From an uncultured Coxiellaceae bacterium (lineage in GTDB: Bacteria; Pseudomonadota; Gammaproteobacteria; DSM-16500): 49,875 bases of DNA. Under the pieces are notes generated by a model that saw nothing but the letters and a program-made list of their open reading frames with translations, was not told the origin of the DNA and did no database searches. The DNA is taken from positions 1-49,875 of the forward strand of contig CAYRUP010000001.1 of assembly GCA_964427485.1 (NCBI GenBank). The letters are read 5' to 3'. Position numbers and translations under genes: made by a program. This document shows, piece by piece, positions 45,093 through 49,875 of this stretch. Each line of letters begins with the position of its first letter. Within the stretch, counting starts at the first letter, position 1.

Positions 45093-47306
45093 TTATTTTT
45101 TTGATTTATGCACACTGTTAGCAAATTCTTTTAATCTTTTTTCAACTTTATCGTAAAAAGAATTTTTCGCATAATGTCCCTCACTATCTCGTTCGCCTAA
45201 CGGCATGCCTGTCATCAGTGTGACTGCATCATTAATTGTTTTGATAGGATAAATGAAAAATTGATTGGCTTTTGCTGCAGTTACTATATCTTCTCTCAAC
45301 ATTAAATTTTTTGTATTGACGGCGGGAATAATAACGCCCTGTTTTCCATTTAAGCCACGTTGTTTGCAGATATCAAAAAATCCTTCTATTTTTTCATTCA
45401 CACCACCTATCGGTTGAACTCTTCCATACTGATCAATAGAACCCGTCACTGCTAAATATTGATAAATCGGCACGTTGGCTAATGCCGAAAGTAATGCACA
45501 AAGTTCACCGACTGAAGCACTATCACCATCCGTCCAGCAATAAAGTTGCTCGAATGCAACACTGGCGGAAAGAGAATATAAAATATCTGGATTAAATCGA
45601 CTCGCAAGAAAATTTGTAATAATTAAACCTGCTTTCGAATGAAATGGACCCGCTAATTTAATTTCACGTTGTATGTCAATGAATTGTCCTTTGCCTGCAC
45701 GCACTCTGGCTGTAACACGAGTTGGATGGCCAAACGAAAAATTACCCGCGCGTCGTACGGAAAGACAATTGACTTGGCCAATCGATTTTCCCTCGGTACG
45801 AATGATAATAAAATTACGCTGAATATTTTCGAAATAAATTTCTCTGACTCTATCCAAACGATGAATTTTAGTTTCAATGGCTTTTAGTACATGGTGAGCT
45901 TGAATTATTTTTTTGTTTTCTTGATTCGACCAATAGGCAGATTCTAAAATTAAATCCTTAATTTCACTAATATAGGTCGTTAGTTTTTCACTATCTTCTG
46001 CGAGTCGACTACTATAATTAATAATTTCAGCCACCGCAGATGCCTGCAAAAACCCCACTTTTTCTTCTTGCGCAATCGTTCCAATGAGGCGGGCATAAAG
46101 TTGAATATTTTTATTATTGCGAATAATATCTTCATCAAAATCAACCGCGACTTTAAATAATTTCAGAAAATCATGGTCATGTTGACATAACAAATAATAA
46201 AGCCCGCGTGATCCCATTAAAATAATTTTTGTTTCAAATGGAATTGGCATCGGTTCTAACGACACAGTTTTGACTGGCCCATGCATGTTTTGAATAGGAT
46301 CGATTTTTATTTTTTTTGAATATAATGCATTTTTTAAAGCTTCCCATGCATGTTTGTTTTTTATAAGTTTACGTGCTTCTATAATTAAATAACCACCGTT
46401 TGCTTGATGCAAAGAACCTGCTCTGATCAAGCTAAAATTCGTCGTGAGCGTTCCTTGTTGCGTTATATATTCAACTCGACTGATTAAATTTGAATAGTAA
46501 GGTGTTTCATCAAAAATAACAGGTGCATGTTTCAATTCTCGATTATCAACCAGCAAATTAACTTTATATTTAACTAACGCCGGATTATCCATTGAAAATG
46601 CATAGATGTCAGTTTTTTTATCGTGACTGATGAGTTCATCAATATAAGCAATAATATCATTTTGCACTTCGGTCAGATATTGAATGACTTGTTTATTCTT
46701 GATGTACTTTTTTTTGAGTTTGGCAATAAGTGGTTTTAGCACGATAGAAATAATTTTATTCTGAAAATAATATTCTCTTTCATATTGTTCTTTGTAGGGA
46801 TAAGGCGTTCGATCTTTTTTTGCAGCAATCGATTTATTTTTTCTTTCGTGTTTATTTTTTATATATTGTTGAATTTTTTTCATTCCCAGCCGGTATTCGC
46901 GACTTTCAAACATATTAAGAATACTGGCACTTAATTTTTCGACTAATTTTTTCATGTCATATTGAAAAATAAATCCTTTACCGGCTGGAAATTTCAATGC
47001 AATTGGTTTTTCAGGAATTTCAAAGTTATGAATGTAACACCAATCTGAAGGAGCCGGTTGTTTCGCTGCGTGAATTTTCAAAGCTTGATGAATGACGGAA
47101 TGTTTTCCTATGCCGGTTGGACCCATGGCATATAGGTTGTAACCTTTATTTTGAATGTTGATACCAAATTGTATTGAGGATAAAGCTCTTTCCTGACCAA
47201 TAAATTTTTTGGAAATTTTTAAATGCTTTGTGGTTTTAAAACCTAATTGCGCGCTATCAATTTTTTTTCTGAATAAAGAAGGATGTAGTGGCTTTAACTT
47301 TTTCAT
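45093..47306 (-). CDS. Lon-like ATP-dependent protease (AAA+ with S16 Lon_C domain, YcbZ/LonB-type)
   Basis: Walker A AMGPTGIGKHS and a C-terminal Lon protease domain with the catalytic Ser context DGDSASVGELCALLSAL and GGVNEKIEGFF. 737 aa. Confidence 0.85.
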   Translation of the reverse strand: MKKLKPLHPSLFRKKIDSAQLGFKTTKHLKISKKFIGQERALSSIQFGINIQNKGYNLYAMGPTGIGKHSVIHQALKIHAAKQPAPSDWCYIHNFEIPEKPIALKFPAGKGFIFQYDMKKLVEKLSASILNMFESREYRLGMKKIQQYIKNKHERKNKSIAAKKDRTPYPYKEQYEREYYFQNKIISIVLKPLIAKLKKKYIKNKQVIQYLTEVQNDIIAYIDELISHDKKTDIYAFSMDNPALVKYKVNLLVDNRELKHAPVIFDETPYYSNLISRVEYITQQGTLTTNFSLIRAGSLHQANGGYLIIEARKLIKNKHAWEALKNALYSKKIKIDPIQNMHGPVKTVSLEPMPIPFETKIILMGSRGLYYLLCQHDHDFLKLFKVAVDFDEDIIRNNKNIQLYARLIGTIAQEEKVGFLQASAVAEIINYSSRLAEDSEKLTTYISEIKDLILESAYWSNQENKKIIQAHHVLKAIETKIHRLDRVREIYFENIQRNFIIIRTEGKSIGQVNCLSVRRAGNFSFGHPTRVTARVRAGKGQFIDIQREIKLAGPFHSKAGLIITNFLASRFNPDILYSLSASVAFEQLYCWTDGDSASVGELCALLSALANVPIYQYLAVTGSIDQYGRVQPIGGVNEKIEGFFDICKQRGLNGKQGVIIPAVNTKNLMLREDIVTAAKANQFFIYPIKTINDAVTLMTGMPLGERDSEGHYAKNSFYDKVEKRLKEFANSVHKSKK

Positions 47307-47332
47307 AAGTTTTTATTCCATCTACGTGCAGC

Positions 47333-47350
47333 GGCACGGCGAGCCGTGCC
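47333..47350 (-). terminator. GC-rich hairpin after the ElaB-like gene
   Basis: GGCACGGC / GCCGTGCC (effectively a 6-bp GC stem with a GCGAGC loop), 31 nt downstream of the minus-strand stop at 47381. No clear U-tract. Confidence 0.35.
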
Positions 47351-47380
47351 TGAGTATGGCAATGAAGTTACTTTTTAGTG

Positions 47381-47659
47381 TTATTTTCGTATAAAGTAAC
47401 CAAGCAGCATTCCCGTCAACAATGTCAAACCGATTGTTTTTAACGGTTTTTCTGCTGTATAATTAGATACATTTTCATGTAAATTTGCTGAGCGCTCTTT
47501 GGTTTCATCCCAATATTGTGTAAATGTATCGGTTGCTTTTCCTTTTGCATGATTCACTGCGTCATAGAGTGCGCCTTTAATTTTTGCTAAATCACCATGT
47601 AAATCATAATTATGATGGTGGTGGTGTGAATGCCGGCTCTTTGTTTTTGCTTTGTGCAT
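47381..47659 (-). CDS. DUF883 (ElaB/YqjD/YgaM family) membrane-anchored stress protein
   Basis: Start at ATG 47659 after GGAGGTTGG. 92 aa with a His-rich N-terminus (SRHSHHHHHN), a helical body and a C-terminal TM anchor IGLTLLTGMLLGYFIRK. The upstream part of track ORF 47381-47788 lacks an SD. Confidence 0.8.
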   Translation of the reverse strand: MHKAKTKSRHSHHHHHNYDLHGDLAKIKGALYDAVNHAKGKATDTFTQYWDETKERSANLHENVSNYTAEKPLKTIGLTLLTGMLLGYFIRK

Positions 47660-47720
47660 ACCAACCTCCAATATATTTAGAGAAATAATTTTTATTATAC
47701 GCGTATCGAAATTTTTTTTA

Positions 47721-47748
47721 TTGACTGTTTTTACAAAAAAAATACTGT
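47721..47748 (+). promoter_or_regulatory. candidate sigma-70-type promoter for the small Q/N/P-rich ORF and csbD
   Basis: TTGACT (47721-47726), a 16-nt spacer, then TACTGT (47743-47748). Pattern match only, in an AT-rich spacer. Confidence 0.3.
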
Positions 47749-47892
47749 ATTCTTGCTCTGGTTTAAGAATAAGTCTTAATAATTCCAATTTTAGGGTATT
47801 TGCTAATTCATTTTATGGGTTTCACTAGGTTGTTTTCATTCGGATGATAGTCGCAAAATAGTTAATATCAAAAACCAAATGGAGGCTTTACA

Positions 47893-48051
47893 ATGCGCGA
47901 ACAACCAAAAGGTAATCAACAACCGAACCAAAATCCAAATCAAAGACCACAAAATCCAAACCAAAGACCACAAAATCCAGGGCAAGGAACCGATAATCGT
48001 CAACCAGGTCAAAAACAACCATACGATCCAAAAAATAGAACAGACAGATAA
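47893..48051 (+). CDS. small Q/N/P-rich protein (52 aa), not in the ORF track
   Basis: ATG 47893 lies 7 nt after GGAGG (47881-47885). The frame reads MREQPKGNQQPNQNPNQRPQNPNQRPQNPGQGTDNRQPGQKQPYDPKNRTDR, with TAA at 48049-48051, followed by a GC hairpin at 48066-48087. The two tracked ORFs over this region (47836-48075 minus, 47879-48118 plus) lack an SD. Confidence 0.5.
   Translation: MREQPKGNQQPNQNPNQRPQNPNQRPQNPGQGTDNRQPGQKQPYDPKNRTDR
47935..47976 (+). repeat. 21-nt tandem duplication inside the small ORF
   Basis: CCAAATCAAAGACCACAAAAT / CCAAACCAAAGACCACAAAAT (PNQRPQN x2). Confidence 0.85.
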
Positions 48052-48065
48052 TTCCGCGTTTATCA

Positions 48066-48087
48066 GGGCAGACAAATCAGTCTGCCC
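48066..48087 (+). terminator. hairpin between the small ORF and csbD
   Basis: GGGCAGAC - AAATCA - GTCTGCCC, 8 bp, 15 nt after the TAA. With no U-tract it may be a processing or attenuation site. Confidence 0.3.
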
Positions 48088-48110
48088 CTATCAATATAAT
48101 GGAGCACACA

Positions 48111-48332
48111 ATGAATAAAGACATCGTGAAAGGTCGCTGGAAAGAAATTAAAGGAAAAGTGAAACAAAAATGGGGTAAGCTTACCGATAATGAAATTACC
48201 CAAATGCAAGGCACTTATGAAGAATTATCCGGCACCTTGCAAAAAAAATATGGCTATCGTAAAGATCAAGCTGAATCTGAATTGAATGCATTTCTGGAAG
48301 AAAATCATTTTGATGATGATGAGCGATTTTAG
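48111..48332 (+). CDS. CsbD family stress-response protein
   Basis: MNKDIVKGRWKEIKGKVKQKWGKLTDNEITQMQG...LQKKYGY is the canonical CsbD pattern. ATG 48111 lies 6 nt after GGAG. Confidence 0.85.
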   Translation: MNKDIVKGRWKEIKGKVKQKWGKLTDNEITQMQGTYEELSGTLQKKYGYRKDQAESELNAFLEENHFDDDERF

Positions 48333-48342
48333 AAATCTCTAT

Positions 48343-48430
48343 ACCCTCATCCCCAGCCCTTCTCCCAACTGCGAGCTTTTTCATTTTTTCTCCCTTCTCC
48401 CGGCAACGGGAGAAGGGCAGGGGATGAGGG
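48343..48430. repeat. R1 palindromic repeat, full-length copy with decayed first hairpin
   Basis: ACCCTCATCCCCAGCCCTTCTCCCAACTGCGAGC...TCTCCCTTCTCCC-GGCAAC-GGGAGAAGGGCAGGGGATGAGGG. It fills the convergent csbD/MFS spacer. Confidence 0.85.
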
Positions 48431-48443
48431 ATTCAAATTTAAA

Positions 48444-49715
48444 TTAATTTCTATCCTTAACCCACAACAATAACACCGCACCCACCGCTAAATAAATCGG
48501 TAAAATACCCAAAGCAATATGATAACTGTACAATGAAAAATAATGTACGCCATTCACTATTTTCCCATCCCACGCTAAATCTAATAATTTACCAATGCCA
48601 GGTTCAGTAATACCATCGAGTACAGCATCACTCATGTTGATCATGGCTACTACGGTCGCAGTCAATTTCAAATTATTTAATTCTTTTCCAATTGCAAAAA
48701 CCAACATGAATGCACCCAAGAAAAATCCGAAAGTAAAAAGCAAAAGACCGAGCAACCAAACGGACATGGGATGACAGTACAATACCAAACTGATCGAAGC
48801 ACACGAAATCAACGTACTGAAAAACATAACATAGCGTCTTTCACCTAATCGATCCGAGATAAAACCTAAGATTGGACTACCCAAACCTAATCCGATAAAT
48901 ACCAATGAAATAGCTGAAGCCGCTTGAGTTTTTGTTAATTCATAAGCTTGTTCTAAAAACGGATTTCCCCATAAGCCACCAAAAACAGCAATCGGACTAA
49001 AAGCCAAACCACCATAAAGTGTGAGCAACCAATTTTGTTTATTTTTAAAAACTTCTAAAATTTCTTTGAAAGTGACATGTGATTGATTTGCAGGAATGGC
49101 TTTTTTAATCGAAGAGGGTGCATCACGAACAATAACAACAAAAAGTATTGTTAAAATAAATCCGGCTATTCCAACTGCACTTAATGAAGATCGCCAACCC
49201 AGGGTTGTGACTAGCCACGCTAAAGGTGCTTGACCAAAGACAGCGCCAGCCATGGCTGCAGTTGCAAGTAAGCCACTCACTAATGCATATTGACGAGGTG
49301 GAAACCAGACAGCAGCTAATTTCATATAAGCGACTGTTGCAAATGCAACTCCAATCCCCATGAGTGCGCGTGAAAGTCCAGCTGCAAGTACATCGTATGA
49401 ATGCGCAAATAAGAAAACGCCGAGTGCGCAAGCAAAAATAGCCACTGAAGTCAGCCAACGCGTACTGTATTTATCTAAGATCACACCGACAAATAATTGC
49501 GTAATCATGTAAGCGTAATAAAACGCGGCTGCGAGATTTCCAAGACCCACACCCGTTAAATTAAATTCTTTCATTAATTGTTCTGTGATAACGCTAGGAT
49601 AAATCTGCAAAACATATTTATAAAAAAGAAAGCCAGCGCATAAACTGATGATAAGCAATGGATATAACGGAGACAATTTTTCACGTAGTATGGATATGCA
49701 ATCAGAAGGTTTCAT
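48444..49715 (-). CDS. MFS transporter
   Basis: 423 aa with ~12 TM helices in a 6+6 arrangement and a central cytoplasmic loop (RDAPSSIKKAIPANQSH). The loop between TM2 and TM3 reads DKYSTRW. Substrate unknown. Confidence 0.85.
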   Translation of the reverse strand: MKPSDCISILREKLSPLYPLLIISLCAGFLFYKYVLQIYPSVITEQLMKEFNLTGVGLGNLAAAFYYAYMITQLFVGVILDKYSTRWLTSVAIFACALGVFLFAHSYDVLAAGLSRALMGIGVAFATVAYMKLAAVWFPPRQYALVSGLLATAAMAGAVFGQAPLAWLVTTLGWRSSLSAVGIAGFILTILFVVIVRDAPSSIKKAIPANQSHVTFKEILEVFKNKQNWLLTLYGGLAFSPIAVFGGLWGNPFLEQAYELTKTQAASAISLVFIGLGLGSPILGFISDRLGERRYVMFFSTLISCASISLVLYCHPMSVWLLGLLLFTFGFFLGAFMLVFAIGKELNNLKLTATVVAMINMSDAVLDGITEPGIGKLLDLAWDGKIVNGVHYFSLYSYHIALGILPIYLAVGAVLLLWVKDRN

Positions 49716-49875
49716 TATTCAGCTCTAAATCATTACTAAAACAACTGTACAGATTTTATTAGCGCAAATCAATTTTTATTAGATCTTGTTAGATAGGCTT
49801 GACAATATTCACCGTTCAGGCATTCACTCAGAAAACTTGTACACAATTACAAATTTTAATCATACGTACTTAAAA

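Noticed and set aside
44850-45104. Track ORF 44850-45104(+), 84 aa
   Set aside because: Its C-terminal half is the R1 half-copy (AGRRVGDEG). It has no SD and lies in the convergent spacer.
47836-48118. Track ORFs 47836-48075(-) and 47879-48118(+)
   Set aside because: Low-complexity CAA/CCA-rich DNA keeps several frames open. Neither ORF has an SD, whereas the third frame (47893-48051) has GGAGG at optimal spacing. The minus-strand product is an implausible W/L/I-rich string.
48196-48384. Track ORF 48196-48384(-), 62 aa
   Set aside because: It starts in the R1 repeat (VGRRAGDEGI) and runs antisense through csbD.

Overview
AT-rich gammaproteobacterial chromosome segment. Conserved blocks are acpP-fabF-mltG-tmk-holB-tatD-lolC-lolD-comEC, smc-zipA-ligA, udk/hslO, an RND efflux pair, yciB-bolA, prmB-aroC, nagZ-hpt and fadE. 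The general style recalls Legionellales, but that is inference only. I support 39 protein-coding genes and see no rRNA, tRNA, CRISPR array, IS element or integrase. The housekeeping blocks are interrupted by orphan genes that look more AT-rich by eye (no statistics computed). They are also interrupted by three families of GC-rich nested palindromic intergenic repeats, here called R1, R2 and R3, with 12 copies or half-copies that spawn several spurious ORFs in the track. The stand-out locus is a minus-strand three-gene operon at 17987-24651. It starts with a membrane GGDEF(I-site)-EAL protein. Twelve nt downstream is a 1378-aa NRPS-like enzyme (truncated C - A - T - reductase) whose adenylation domain is interrupted between core motifs A8 and A9 by a ~110-aa PilZ-like module (DISKSG). 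A tail-anchored orphan follows, and the whole unit is bracketed by two inverted full-length R1 copies. I read this as a candidate c-di-GMP-gated NRPS-like pathway, which I do not recognise as a described architecture. Other notable points: an untracked 52-aa Q/N/P-rich ORF with a strong SD sits inside an ElaB/CsbD stress cluster. Palindromic repeats supply the last codons and stop of two genes. An RND operon is split by a repeat plus an orphan gene. A 27-bp perfect inverted repeat follows the BolA-family gene. All domain calls come from motif reading of the supplied translations, and no database search was possible.
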